Below are positions 26,185 through 34,637 of a stretch of 57,619 nucleotides of DNA, piece after piece; position 1 is the stretch's first letter; each line of letters begins with the position of its first letter. The stretch covers positions 1 through 57,619 of the forward strand of contig JBFJVD010000001.1 of assembly GCA_041624375.1 (NCBI GenBank), read 5' to 3'. The notes beneath the pieces were generated by a model, which was given only the letters and a program-made list of their open reading frames with translations, was not told the DNA's origin and did not search any database. The translations under genes and the position numbers were made by a program. This stretch comes from Anaerolineales bacterium. GTDB lineage: Bacteria; Chloroflexota; Anaerolineae; Anaerolineales; E44-bin32.

Positions 26185-28320
26185 ATGGACGCCGTGTCCG
26201 TGAACCTCGAGGCCGACCTGGCTCTTATTCACATCGCTGCTGGGGCAGCTCGCGCAACCCCACCTCCCGGCACGCTGGCGCTCCGGCCACCCCGGCGTGC
26301 CGCGCGCGGGCGTAAAGACGACCTCCTCTTCCTGAACCTTGGGCTGCACGCCCCCCAGCCGGTCTCTCCCGGATTCGTGGATCAACTTGCCCACCTGGCG
26401 GCCGATGCCTTCTTCAAGACCGCCGGTTCTGTGACCGCAGCCCTGCGGGAAGCAGCGGTCGTGGTCAATGAACAACTGATGGACGCCAACCAGAGAGGCG
26501 AAGATCCCAGCCACGTCCAGGGCCGGCTGCTGGCCGGCGTGCTGCGCGGCGAGGATTTCTATCTCGCCCAGTGCGGCATGGGACAGATCGTCGTCCTCCG
26601 TCAGGGTCAGGTGGGCCGCATGACCTCAGATGAGGCGGCCAACCGTCCATTGGGGATCAGCGTCTCGCCTTTCGTTCGCTTCCATCACTTCCTGCTCGAA
26701 CCACAGGACATCGTCTTGCTGACGACAACGCCGGCGCCATCCTGGTCGGATCCATTGCTCGCTGGCCTTTCCGGGCTTGAGCCCGCCAGCGCGGTGGAAC
26801 GCCTGGCAGGCGCTGCCGAGCGCGATCTCACCGGGCTCCTTCTGCGCCTCGTTCCGGCCGGTCAGGCAGCGGCCGTGCCCGAAGCCATCCCTGTCGAACC
26901 CGATCTGGCTGCGGCGCCGAGCGACCGGCGACCGACGGTCCCCAGGCCGCGTCGGCGGACGGTTGCCTTAGACCGGGTGTGGACCTCGCTCGCAGTTGTC
27001 TTCAGCCCGATCGGACGTGCGCTCGCCAGCGCCTTCGCCTGGCTTGGCGACATGGTTACCCGGCTGGTCTTTCGGCTGGCGCCTGGCTTGGCGGAACCCC
27101 CCCGTGCTGGTGCCTTCTCTCCGGCGCTGCTGGCCGCGACGGCGGTCGCTGTGCCGCTGTTTGTTGTTGCCGTGGTGAGCGTGGTCTATCTGCAGCGCGG
27201 TCGCGGCGAACAGCTCGAAATCTACCTGGGTGACGCGCAGGCCGCGCTCGCCCGCTCACAGACGGAGGAGGACCCGATCACCGCCCGCGCCGCCCTGGAG
27301 GCCGGCCTGCTGTCGCTCGATGCCGCCGAGGACTATGGTCCAAGCCCGGAGATCGACGCATTGCGCGTGGAACTGCAGGGATCGCTTGACGGGATCGACC
27401 GGATCAACCGGGTGGAGTTCCAGCCCCTGGTGAGCGGAGGATTTGGCCGCGACGCACAGATCACGGCACTGGCCGCGACCGCCACCGACGTGTATGCGCT
27501 CGACTCCGCAAATGGCGTGCTTTGGCGTGCCTGGTCAACGGGGCGCGGCTTTGAAATCGACCGCACCTTCGAGTGCCTGGAGGGTGTGGGCGAAGGATCG
27601 CCCATCGACATGCCCGTCGACCTGGCCATCCAGCCTGAGCCCGGCGCCCTGGGCGCGGAAGGCGTCGTCGCCATCGACGGCTCGGGGTCCCTCCTTTACT
27701 GCGCGCCCGAGAAGCGACCGGCCAGCGGCCAGCTCACCGAGCCCGACATCGGTTGGGGCCGCCTGCAAGCCATCGACGTGTTTGGCGACCGCCTCTTCAT
27801 CCTCGATCCGGTCGCCAACACTGTTTGGATGTACGACGCCAGCGGCGGCGTATTCAGCGGAACCCCGACCCTCTTCTTCGCCGAGGAAGTGCCGAATCTC
27901 GAGGATGCCGTCGACCTGGCAATGGCGCAGGATGAGCTGTTTATTCTGCACGCCGACGGCAAGGTCGACCGCTGCCGCCGGTTGATCGAAACCGGACCCG
28001 ACGGCACGAGCCGGATCCGGACCGAGTGTGTCTTGAGCGTGATCTTTGAGGATGAGCGGCCAGGTTTCCCCTCCACAGACCACATCCCCGGCGCGCTGCC
28101 CACCAGGATCGCCTACTCTCCACCTCCCGAGCCTTCGCTCTTCTTCCTGGATGTGCTGGGCAACGGCGTCTATCACTACAGCATGCGCATGATCTACCAG
28201 GGCCAGTACAAACCGAAGGCCACCTTCCCGAGCGACATCACGGCGCTGGCCTTGGGCCCGCTTAATGAGATCTTCGTCGCCAGCGGCGACCAGGTGTATT
28301 TCGCTCAGGCGGGCCAATGA
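26185..28320 (+). CDS. Membrane protein: degenerate PP2C-like (pseudophosphatase) domain, TM, six-repeat beta-propeller-like ectodomain
   Basis: Trimmed to ATG 26185. The N-domain follows the PP2C strand order but lacks the Asp motifs (LFLNLGLH, QCGMGQIVV, IVLLTTTP). The TM is ALLAATAVAVPLFVVAVVSVVYL. The C-terminal repeats are DVYALDSANGVLW, VVAIDGSGSLLY, RLFILDPVANTVWMY, ELFILHADGKV, LFFLDVLGNGVYHY and EIFVASGDQVYF. Confidence 0.6.
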   Translation: MDAVSVNLEADLALIHIAAGAARATPPPGTLALRPPRRAARGRKDDLLFLNLGLHAPQPVSPGFVDQLAHLAADAFFKTAGSVTAALREAAVVVNEQLMDANQRGEDPSHVQGRLLAGVLRGEDFYLAQCGMGQIVVLRQGQVGRMTSDEAANRPLGISVSPFVRFHHFLLEPQDIVLLTTTPAPSWSDPLLAGLSGLEPASAVERLAGAAERDLTGLLLRLVPAGQAAAVPEAIPVEPDLAAAPSDRRPTVPRPRRRTVALDRVWTSLAVVFSPIGRALASAFAWLGDMVTRLVFRLAPGLAEPPRAGAFSPALLAATAVAVPLFVVAVVSVVYLQRGRGEQLEIYLGDAQAALARSQTEEDPITARAALEAGLLSLDAAEDYGPSPEIDALRVELQGSLDGIDRINRVEFQPLVSGGFGRDAQITALAATATDVYALDSANGVLWRAWSTGRGFEIDRTFECLEGVGEGSPIDMPVDLAIQPEPGALGAEGVVAIDGSGSLLYCAPEKRPASGQLTEPDIGWGRLQAIDVFGDRLFILDPVANTVWMYDASGGVFSGTPTLFFAEEVPNLEDAVDLAMAQDELFILHADGKVDRCRRLIETGPDGTSRIRTECVLSVIFEDERPGFPSTDHIPGALPTRIAYSPPPEPSLFFLDVLGNGVYHYSMRMIYQGQYKPKATFPSDITALALGPLNEIFVASGDQVYFAQAGQ

Positions 28321-28334
28321 GGTCCCTGATCGCT

Positions 28335-28363
28335 TTGACAAGCCGATCGCAGATCACTAGAAT
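28335..28363 (+). promoter_or_regulatory. coaE promoter (TTGACA-17-TAGAAT)
   Basis: TTGACA is at 28335-28340 and TAGAAT at 28358-28363, with an exact 17-nt spacer. The SD GGAGAG precedes GTG 28397. Confidence 0.6.
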
Positions 28364-28396
28364 GGCGCCACGCTTGCAGCTTGGAGAGAACGGTTT

Positions 28397-29530
28397 GTGA
28401 GCCGCTGGCCCGGGAAATACGTCGTCGGTCTGACTGGCAACATCGCGACAGGGAAGAGCGTCGTCCGCAAGATGCTCGAGCACCTGGGCGCCTACGGCAT
28501 CGATGCCGATGCGCTCGCTCATCGCGCCATCGCCAGGGGCGCACCGGGATATGATCAGGTGCTGGATGCATTCGGGCGTTGGGTGTTAGATGAAGAAGGT
28601 CACATCGATCGGGCCCGATTGGCCAAAGTGGTATTTGCCGACCCGGCAGCGCTGGCCACGCTCGAAACGGTCGTCCATCCACTCGTCTCCCAGGCCGTCG
28701 ACCTGCTCATCCGGCGCGCTGAACACAGCGTCGTGGTGATCGAAGCGATTAAACTCATCGAGTCGGACCTGGCCGCCGGCTGCGATTCGATCTGGGTGGT
28801 CACCGCCCCGTTCGACACGCAGATCTCCCGCCTGCGCCACAAGCGCAACATGTCGGAAAACGCGGCTCGTCAGCGCATTGCGGCTCAGTCGCCGCAGGAA
28901 GAGAAATTCCGCGCGGCGAATGTGGTCATCCACAATGACCGCACCTTTGAAGATACGTGGGATCAGGTTCAGGAGGCATGGGCGAAGCTGCCAAAGCCCA
29001 AGGAGCCGCTGCTCGAAGCGCCAGAAGCCATCGGCGCCGACCAGCTCACCGTACGGCGCGGCCGGCCGCAGGATGCGGATCGCATCGCCCGCTTCATCAC
29101 CAAGACCACCCATGGCAAGCGCCGCATGGCGCGGCCGGATGTGATGGCCTCCTTCGGCGAAAAGGCCTACTTGCTGATCGAGCGGAAAGGCGACCTCGTC
29201 GGCATCGCCGGCTTGCAGGTGGAGAACCTCGTGACGCGCATCGACGAAATCTATTTCGCGCCCGAGCTGGCGCTCAATGACGCCGTTCCGGTGCTGATGG
29301 AAGCCGTGGAGAAGGCGTCCACCGACCTGCAGAGCGAAGCTTCGCTCCTCTTCTTGCCGCCGTATCTAGCCCAGTATGTCGGCCACTGGCGCGGGGTCGG
29401 GTACCGCCCGCAAACCGTGCAGGGCCTGGGCGTGCGTGCCTGGCAGGAAGCAGCCATCGAGTCCATGCCTCGCGGCGCATCGCTCTGGTTCAAGCGGCTG
29501 CGCGAGGATCGAGTCCTGCGCCCCCTCTAG
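28397..29530 (+). CDS. coaE: Dephospho-CoA kinase fused to an uncharacterised C-terminal domain of about 175 aa
   Basis: VVGLTGNIATGKS is the P-loop, and IDADALAH and HPLV are CoaE landmarks, all in the first ~200 aa. The remaining residues (LTVRRGRPQDADRIARFI...LVGIAGLQVEN) look GNAT-fold-like but lack a clear acetyl-CoA motif. Confidence 0.8.
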   Translation: MSRWPGKYVVGLTGNIATGKSVVRKMLEHLGAYGIDADALAHRAIARGAPGYDQVLDAFGRWVLDEEGHIDRARLAKVVFADPAALATLETVVHPLVSQAVDLLIRRAEHSVVVIEAIKLIESDLAAGCDSIWVVTAPFDTQISRLRHKRNMSENAARQRIAAQSPQEEKFRAANVVIHNDRTFEDTWDQVQEAWAKLPKPKEPLLEAPEAIGADQLTVRRGRPQDADRIARFITKTTHGKRRMARPDVMASFGEKAYLLIERKGDLVGIAGLQVENLVTRIDEIYFAPELALNDAVPVLMEAVEKASTDLQSEASLLFLPPYLAQYVGHWRGVGYRPQTVQGLGVRAWQEAAIESMPRGASLWFKRLREDRVLRPL

Positions 29531-29555
29531 CCCACCCCCAAGCCGCTTCGGACAG

Positions 29556-29588
29556 ATAAAAGAAAAACCGGCTGCCCACTGCAGCCGG
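29556..29588 (-). terminator. Intrinsic terminator of the 29618..30574 gene (also closes coaE)
   Basis: On the minus strand, CCGGCTGC-AGTGG-GCAGCCGG is followed by TTTTTCTTTT. Confidence 0.7.
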
Positions 29589-29617
29589 TCGGCCATCACC
29601 GGGACGATCCCGGCGCG

Positions 29618-30574
29618 CTACCACCAGATCCTGAACGAATCCCGGGCGACGCTGATCAGCTCGCCGAAGACGGCCGTGTATTCGATCAGAACGAAGGTCC
29701 CGGCGGGTTGTTCTGTGAACGCCAGCGGACGCTGAGCGATGCCGTTCTCATCGGTGGCCGGCATCACCACCGTGCGCAGTTCATCGGCGAGGAGAACGCG
29801 GGCCGTGACCACGACATCCTGGACCGGCCGGAAGTTCTGGTCGCGAACCACGACATAGAGCTGCTGCTCACCCGAGGAGCCCATGACTGGCTGCCAGACA
29901 GAGGTGGAGAGATGCAGTTCAAGCACACGATACTGAATACGTTCGTCGGGTGGATCGGGCCGCAGCAGGTCTGGATCAAATCCTGAGCGCTCGAAGTGGA
30001 TCCTCCCCAACGGAGCGACCTGCACCGTTCTGCCGTCGAGCGCGTCCGGGTGCCAGTCGAGCCGGAACCCCTGGAAGTACTGAACAATCCGACCGTTCTC
30101 AATCCCGAACTCGGAGATCGGGTATCCAAACTGGGCCGGCCCGCCGTGAGCTTCGTAGAATGCCAGAAAGGCGTGGCAGACGTAATGTTGTGATTCGGGG
30201 TAGTAGCGGCAGCCCGAGTCTGGGCCGACGGGAAGCTGGCCAGCCTCAACCGGAGTCCCCCACCCACCAAGGAATTCCCCCAGCAGACTGGGTGTGACGA
30301 ACGGCTCTCCCCCGGGCGGAGCCGGATGGTACTCGAAGCGCCCATTCAGCATGTATTGAACGATCCGCCCGCTGCTTGAGTCGATGAAAGATTTGCTGAT
30401 CGGGTATCCCCAGATCTCAAGTCCGCCGTGTGAATCAAAGAACTCGACAAACCGACTGTCGAGTGTGTGGCCGGACTCATGGTAGAAGCGTCCCCCTTCC
30501 TGGGCCAATGCCGTCCCAATGAGAACGCCAAAGATGGTCCCGATGATCAGCAGCAATCGAACGATCTTGCGCAT
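29618..30574 (-). CDS. Secreted or anchored protein with two ~55-aa LGFP-like repeats and a C-terminal beta-sandwich-like domain
   Basis: The signal/anchor is MRKIVRLLLIIGTIFGVLIGTALA. The repeats are FVEFFDSHGGLEIWGYPISKSF..GRIVQYMLNGRFEYHP and FLAFYEAHGGPAQFGYPISEFG..GRIVQYFQGFRLDWHP. Confidence 0.65.
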   Translation of the reverse strand: MRKIVRLLLIIGTIFGVLIGTALAQEGGRFYHESGHTLDSRFVEFFDSHGGLEIWGYPISKSFIDSSSGRIVQYMLNGRFEYHPAPPGGEPFVTPSLLGEFLGGWGTPVEAGQLPVGPDSGCRYYPESQHYVCHAFLAFYEAHGGPAQFGYPISEFGIENGRIVQYFQGFRLDWHPDALDGRTVQVAPLGRIHFERSGFDPDLLRPDPPDERIQYRVLELHLSTSVWQPVMGSSGEQQLYVVVRDQNFRPVQDVVVTARVLLADELRTVVMPATDENGIAQRPLAFTEQPAGTFVLIEYTAVFGELISVARDSFRIWW

Positions 30575-30583
30575 AGCGGTCCC

Positions 30584-30611
30584 ATTATAGGAATTTTATT
30601 AAAGCGCGCAA
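30584..30611 (-). promoter_or_regulatory. Promoter TTGCGC-16-TATAAT placed 9 nt upstream of ATG 30574 (leaderless-type)
   Basis: On the minus strand, TTGCGC is at 30611-30606 and TATAAT at 30589-30584, followed by GGGACCGCT and ATG. Confidence 0.5.
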
Positions 30612-30710
30612 CCTCATCCCAGGGGTCTAGAACCCGGGTCCTATGACACCCCACATCTGGGTCAGGGCCGCCAGGGCACACCAGCTGTGCGGGTAGTCGA
30701 ACGTTCGTTT

Positions 30711-31622
30711 TCAGCTAGAACGCAGGCGGACGTAGGAGTCGTAACGTTCGGAATGGATCTCACCGACTTCGAGGGCACGGAGTACCGCGCAGCCAGGCTC
30801 ATGGATGTGGGTGCAATTGCTGAACGCGCAATCGGCGACCAGCGGGGCGATCTCCCGGAAGTAGGCGTCAAGCTCTTCGGGTTCGATATCCCATAAGGCA
30901 AACGCTTTAACTCCCGGTGTGTCCGCGACATAGCCGCCTGAATCCAGCTTCACCAGCTTCGGTGCCACCGTGGTGTGAGTCCCTTTTCCGGTCGCCTCGC
31001 TGACCTCACCGATCCGCAGCTCGATGTCCGGCTGCAGCGCCCGCAGCAGGCTCGATTTGCCTGTGCCGGACGGTCCTGCAAAGACCGAGACGTGGTCCGC
31101 CAGCGCAGAACGAAGGGTGTCGATCCCTTCTCCCGTGAGCGCCGAGGTGTAGAGCAGCTGGTAGCCGATCTCGGCATAGCGCCCAAAGATACGCCGCGCT
31201 TCTTGCGGATCGACCAGGTCCACCTTGTTGGCGCAGATCAGCACCGGGATGGATTCGCGCTCGGCGCCTACCAGCATCCGATCGAGCATGCGCAGCTGAC
31301 CTGGGATCGGATCCGGCTCGGCGCAGGCAAAGACGAAGACTCCCAGGTCCAGGTTGGCGACGAGCACCTGCTCGGCCTCGCGCCCGGGCGCCTGCCGCGA
31401 GAGCACGCGGCTGCGCGGCGCGACCGTTTCGATCATGGCGCTCCCGTCGGGAAGGACACGGATTTCGACTTGATCGCCCACGGCGGCGACGTCGGTTTCA
31501 AGCTGTTCCTGCTTCAGGCGGCCGCGCAGCTGCGCCGTATGCTGCCCGAGCTCGGTTTCGACATCGAAGAAGCCGGATTGCGCACGAACAATGCGGCCGC
31601 GAATCAGCTTTGGATCACTCAT
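30711..31622 (-). CDS. rsgA: Ribosome small-subunit-dependent GTPase A
   Basis: A circularly permuted GTPase (NKVDL .. GPSGTGKSSL) with the C-terminal Zn motif CAFSNCTHIHEPGC. Its ATG overlaps the PBP stop (ATGA). Confidence 0.9.
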   Translation of the reverse strand: MSDPKLIRGRIVRAQSGFFDVETELGQHTAQLRGRLKQEQLETDVAAVGDQVEIRVLPDGSAMIETVAPRSRVLSRQAPGREAEQVLVANLDLGVFVFACAEPDPIPGQLRMLDRMLVGAERESIPVLICANKVDLVDPQEARRIFGRYAEIGYQLLYTSALTGEGIDTLRSALADHVSVFAGPSGTGKSSLLRALQPDIELRIGEVSEATGKGTHTTVAPKLVKLDSGGYVADTPGVKAFALWDIEPEELDAYFREIAPLVADCAFSNCTHIHEPGCAVLRALEVGEIHSERYDSYVRLRSS

Positions 31623-33868
31623 GGCTGGTCAGGAGTCGGGCTGGGGAGCGGCGCAGCCGGGGTCTCCGTTGGAACCGGTGTCCGGGTGACCCCAATCTGT
31701 GATTCCCACGGATACGGCATGAAAGGCTGGCCGAAGAAATAGATTTCCACGACGCGCCGGAAGATGGGCGCAGCCCAAACGGATCCTTCCCCTTGATTCT
31801 CAACCAGCACAACAACGGCGACATCCGGGCGGTCGGCGCGTGCCTCGAAAGTATACCCGGCGAACCACGCATGGGGTGCGCCGCTCCCAGTCTCTGCCGT
31901 GCCGGTCTTGCCGGCGACGTTAAGGGTGAGCCCGAGGAAGCGGTGGCGCGCCGTCCCGCCTGGCGCCCGCACCACTTGTGTCATCGCTTGCTGGATGGCG
32001 GCGAGGTGCTCGTCGGATACCGGGACCCGTCCCTGCGGCTGGGGAAGGAAGCGCTCCAGGACCTCCCCTTCCGCATTCTGCACCCGATCGACCAGGCGCG
32101 GCTGGAACAGCGTGCCGCCGTTGCCGATGGCGGCTACATAGCGCGCCACTTGAAGCGGCGTCACGGTCAGCGCCGACTGCCCAATGGCAAGCTGAACGGC
32201 ATCGGCCAAGGTCCACTCTTCACCCAGCGCCTGCAGTTTCCACTCGGGAGTGGGCACCTGGCCGCTGGCCTCCTCCACATCGATGCCCGTTGGCTGACCG
32301 AGGCCGAATGCGGTCGACATGTCGGAAAGCGCGTTCGGGAAACCCTGATTGAAGAGATCGAGCCCGATGTGCCAGAAATAGGGATTGCAGGAGCGCTCCA
32401 GCCCTTCCATCAGCGTAATCGTGCCGTGATCGGGGAGACCCGCAGCGACCGTCCAGTCGTAGAGCACGGCGCCACCGCCGAGCTCGCGGAATTCCCCGTT
32501 GCAGGTATAGAGCGAGTCCGGTGTGTACAGCTCTGAGGTCAGCGCAGCGGACATGCTCACCATCTTAAACACGGAGCCAAGTGGATACAGCCCGGAGGTC
32601 GCCCGATTCAGCAGCGGCTGCTGGCGGGTACCGTCAAAGAGGCGGGCAAGGCCCGGGGCGCTGTTCGGATTGCTCGTGTTGAAAAGATTGGGATCAAAGG
32701 CCGGGGATGAGACCAACGCGCGAACTGCGCCGGTGTCACGCTCAAGCACCACGATGGCGCCGCGAAAGCCGCGGATGGCTTCCTGCGCCTGCCGCTGGAG
32801 ATCGCGGTCGATCGTGGTGTAGACCGCGGACGGCGGACCGGCATCGGAGGAGGCCAGTACGCTCAGGATACGCCCGCTCGGGTCGCGCAGGTAAAGCGTG
32901 CCGCCCGGCTGACCCCTCAACTCGGCCTCAAATGCGGATTCCAGGCCGATCTGCCCGACGAATTCATCTCCCTCATAACCGAGGCTCTGATAGACCTCCA
33001 GCGCTTCCTCCGTGATCTGTCCAACATAGCCGACGGCATGGGCGGCCAGTCCACCGGAAAGGTAGTAACGCCCGTTGTAGAAGGACCACTGCACGCCCGA
33101 CAGCTCGGCCAACTGCGCCTCGACAGCCCGGAAACTAAGCAGCGAGACCTCTCCCACAGGCACCGGGGAATCGCTGCCCCGCATGGCTTCATAGCGATCC
33201 CGGATCGCATCCGGACGTTCACCGAGTAGTTCCGATAGCACGGTGAGCATGGTGGCTTCCTGCCCGGCGTCACCGATTTCGTCCGGAACGACCCAAAGCG
33301 CGACCACGTCAGATTGGGCGGCCAGAGCCAGACCCTGGAGGTCGTAGATGTTGGCGCGCGTCGGCGTGACAACATCGAGCAGCAGATCGTTGCCCTCCGC
33401 CAGTTCCGGCAAGATGGTTGCATCGGTCCAGGCGATCCGCCAGCCGCCATCCGCTCGTGTCAGTTCCATAAAGGTCTCGCGGACGATCTCTCCAACCACT
33501 GCACTCTGCAGAAAGATCCGGTAGCGAATCTGAGCCGAGCGGGGCTGCACCAGTGACGAGACGATCTCGAAATCCAGCCCGGTGAAGGCTCCTTGACGCC
33601 AGATGGCCCGGTAGCGATCGGCAAACGTCTCAAACGACAGGGCATCCTGAGTAAGCGGCGTGAGCAGATCGTACATGGCCGGGTAGTCCAATGCAGCCCA
33701 GGCGGTGAGAAAGCGACGAGCCGTGTCTTCGGCGGCGAGGGTGTCTTCGCCCTGGGGAGCGGCGGCGGTCGGGGAAGCGGCGGGGGTCGCGCTGGCGTTT
33801 GTGGGAGCGCCACTGCACGCCGCGATTGCCCATAGACCAAGGAGCAACCAGTACGGAAGTGACCTCAT
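31619..33868 (-). CDS. Class B penicillin-binding protein (transpeptidase) with an NTF2-like N-terminal domain; lipoprotein signal
   Basis: Trimmed to ATG 33868 (MRSLPYWLLLGLWAIAACSG), which overlaps the maf stop. Motifs: SVFK, SCN and KTGTA. The N-terminal FLTAWAALDYPAMYDLL block is MecA_N/NTF2-like. Confidence 0.85.
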   Translation of the reverse strand: MRSLPYWLLLGLWAIAACSGAPTNASATPAASPTAAAPQGEDTLAAEDTARRFLTAWAALDYPAMYDLLTPLTQDALSFETFADRYRAIWRQGAFTGLDFEIVSSLVQPRSAQIRYRIFLQSAVVGEIVRETFMELTRADGGWRIAWTDATILPELAEGNDLLLDVVTPTRANIYDLQGLALAAQSDVVALWVVPDEIGDAGQEATMLTVLSELLGERPDAIRDRYEAMRGSDSPVPVGEVSLLSFRAVEAQLAELSGVQWSFYNGRYYLSGGLAAHAVGYVGQITEEALEVYQSLGYEGDEFVGQIGLESAFEAELRGQPGGTLYLRDPSGRILSVLASSDAGPPSAVYTTIDRDLQRQAQEAIRGFRGAIVVLERDTGAVRALVSSPAFDPNLFNTSNPNSAPGLARLFDGTRQQPLLNRATSGLYPLGSVFKMVSMSAALTSELYTPDSLYTCNGEFRELGGGAVLYDWTVAAGLPDHGTITLMEGLERSCNPYFWHIGLDLFNQGFPNALSDMSTAFGLGQPTGIDVEEASGQVPTPEWKLQALGEEWTLADAVQLAIGQSALTVTPLQVARYVAAIGNGGTLFQPRLVDRVQNAEGEVLERFLPQPQGRVPVSDEHLAAIQQAMTQVVRAPGGTARHRFLGLTLNVAGKTGTAETGSGAPHAWFAGYTFEARADRPDVAVVVLVENQGEGSVWAAPIFRRVVEIYFFGQPFMPYPWESQIGVTRTPVPTETPAAPLPSPTPDQP

Positions 33869-34542
33869 CCATCGATCCCAAGCAATTTCGGGATCACGCA
33901 GCTGCAGTTGCCCTCGGAATCCCAGCAACCGGCGGTGACATCTTCTGGGGGTTCGAGGCCGCAGGATCGAAGCGCTGCCAACGTGCGACAGAGCGGCAGG
34001 CCCATCACATTGGCAAAGCAGCCGTCGATTCCGTCCCGCGCCACCGGTCGAAACGCATCATCCTGGATCCCATAGGCGCCCGCTTTGTCGAGCGGGCTGC
34101 CGCTGGCCACATAGCCCAGCACCTCTTCACGACGATAGTCCCGCATACGGACACGCGTCTCACAGAGGTCGATGATCTCTTGACCTCGTCTGGAGTCCAC
34201 CACGGCCAGGGCAGTCACCACGCAATGTATTCGCCCACGCAGTTGTAGCAGCATCTCGACCGCCTCCCCTGCGTCTACAGGTTTGCCGAGCACCGTCTCG
34301 TCGTGCATGACGATCGTATCGGCGGCGAGGAGGATCCCCTGGCTTCCGGCGTCAGCGACGGCCCGCGCCTTGGTGCGCGCCAGTCGGCGCGCCAGATCGT
34401 GTGGGGCTTCACCCACCTGCTGCGTTTCGTCGACTTCAGCGGGGATGATGGTAGGGGTGAGACCGGCCAGCGAGAGCAACTGCTGCCTGCGCGGCGAGGC
34501 CGAGGCCAGAATCAGCAACGGGGGGGTTGAGTCCGCTTTCAT
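33865..34542 (-). CDS. maf: Maf-family nucleoside-triphosphate pyrophosphatase with a Cys-rich C-terminal tail
   Basis: LILASASPRRQQLL and GAYGIQD are present. I prefer ATG 34542 (MKADSTPPLLILAS) over the track start at 34587. Confidence 0.8.
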   Translation of the reverse strand: MKADSTPPLLILASASPRRQQLLSLAGLTPTIIPAEVDETQQVGEAPHDLARRLARTKARAVADAGSQGILLAADTIVMHDETVLGKPVDAGEAVEMLLQLRGRIHCVVTALAVVDSRRGQEIIDLCETRVRMRDYRREEVLGYVASGSPLDKAGAYGIQDDAFRPVARDGIDGCFANVMGLPLCRTLAALRSCGLEPPEDVTAGCWDSEGNCSCVIPKLLGIDG

Positions 34543-34637
34543 CACGGTCCAGAGGCCATCCCTCAAGGTCGGCTCCAAATTCAGCATTTTAACATACGTG
34601 CCCGCTCCGGACCTGCGATGAGATCCCAGGTGGTAGA

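Noticed and set aside
26140-26190. TTGCCG-17-TACAAT looks like a promoter for the pseudophosphatase gene.
   Set aside because: The -10 overlaps the ATG at 26185 (TACAATGG), so it cannot drive that start. It is either fortuitous or the true start is a downstream GTG. This is unresolved, so I did not report it as a feature.
28358-28369. The 12-mer TAGAATGGCGCC is shared by the coaE promoter (28358-28369) and the rarA start region (34634-34645).
   Set aside because: Exact 12-mer pairs are expected many times by chance in 2 x 57.6 kb. The similarity is explained by both being -10 boxes followed by a GC-rich discriminator.
30699-30710. Near-SOS box GAACGTTCGTTT at the 3' end of rsgA.
   Set aside because: It has one mismatch in the second half-site. 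It also lies about 90 nt upstream of the nearest promoter's -35, at a gene end, which is not an operator-like position.
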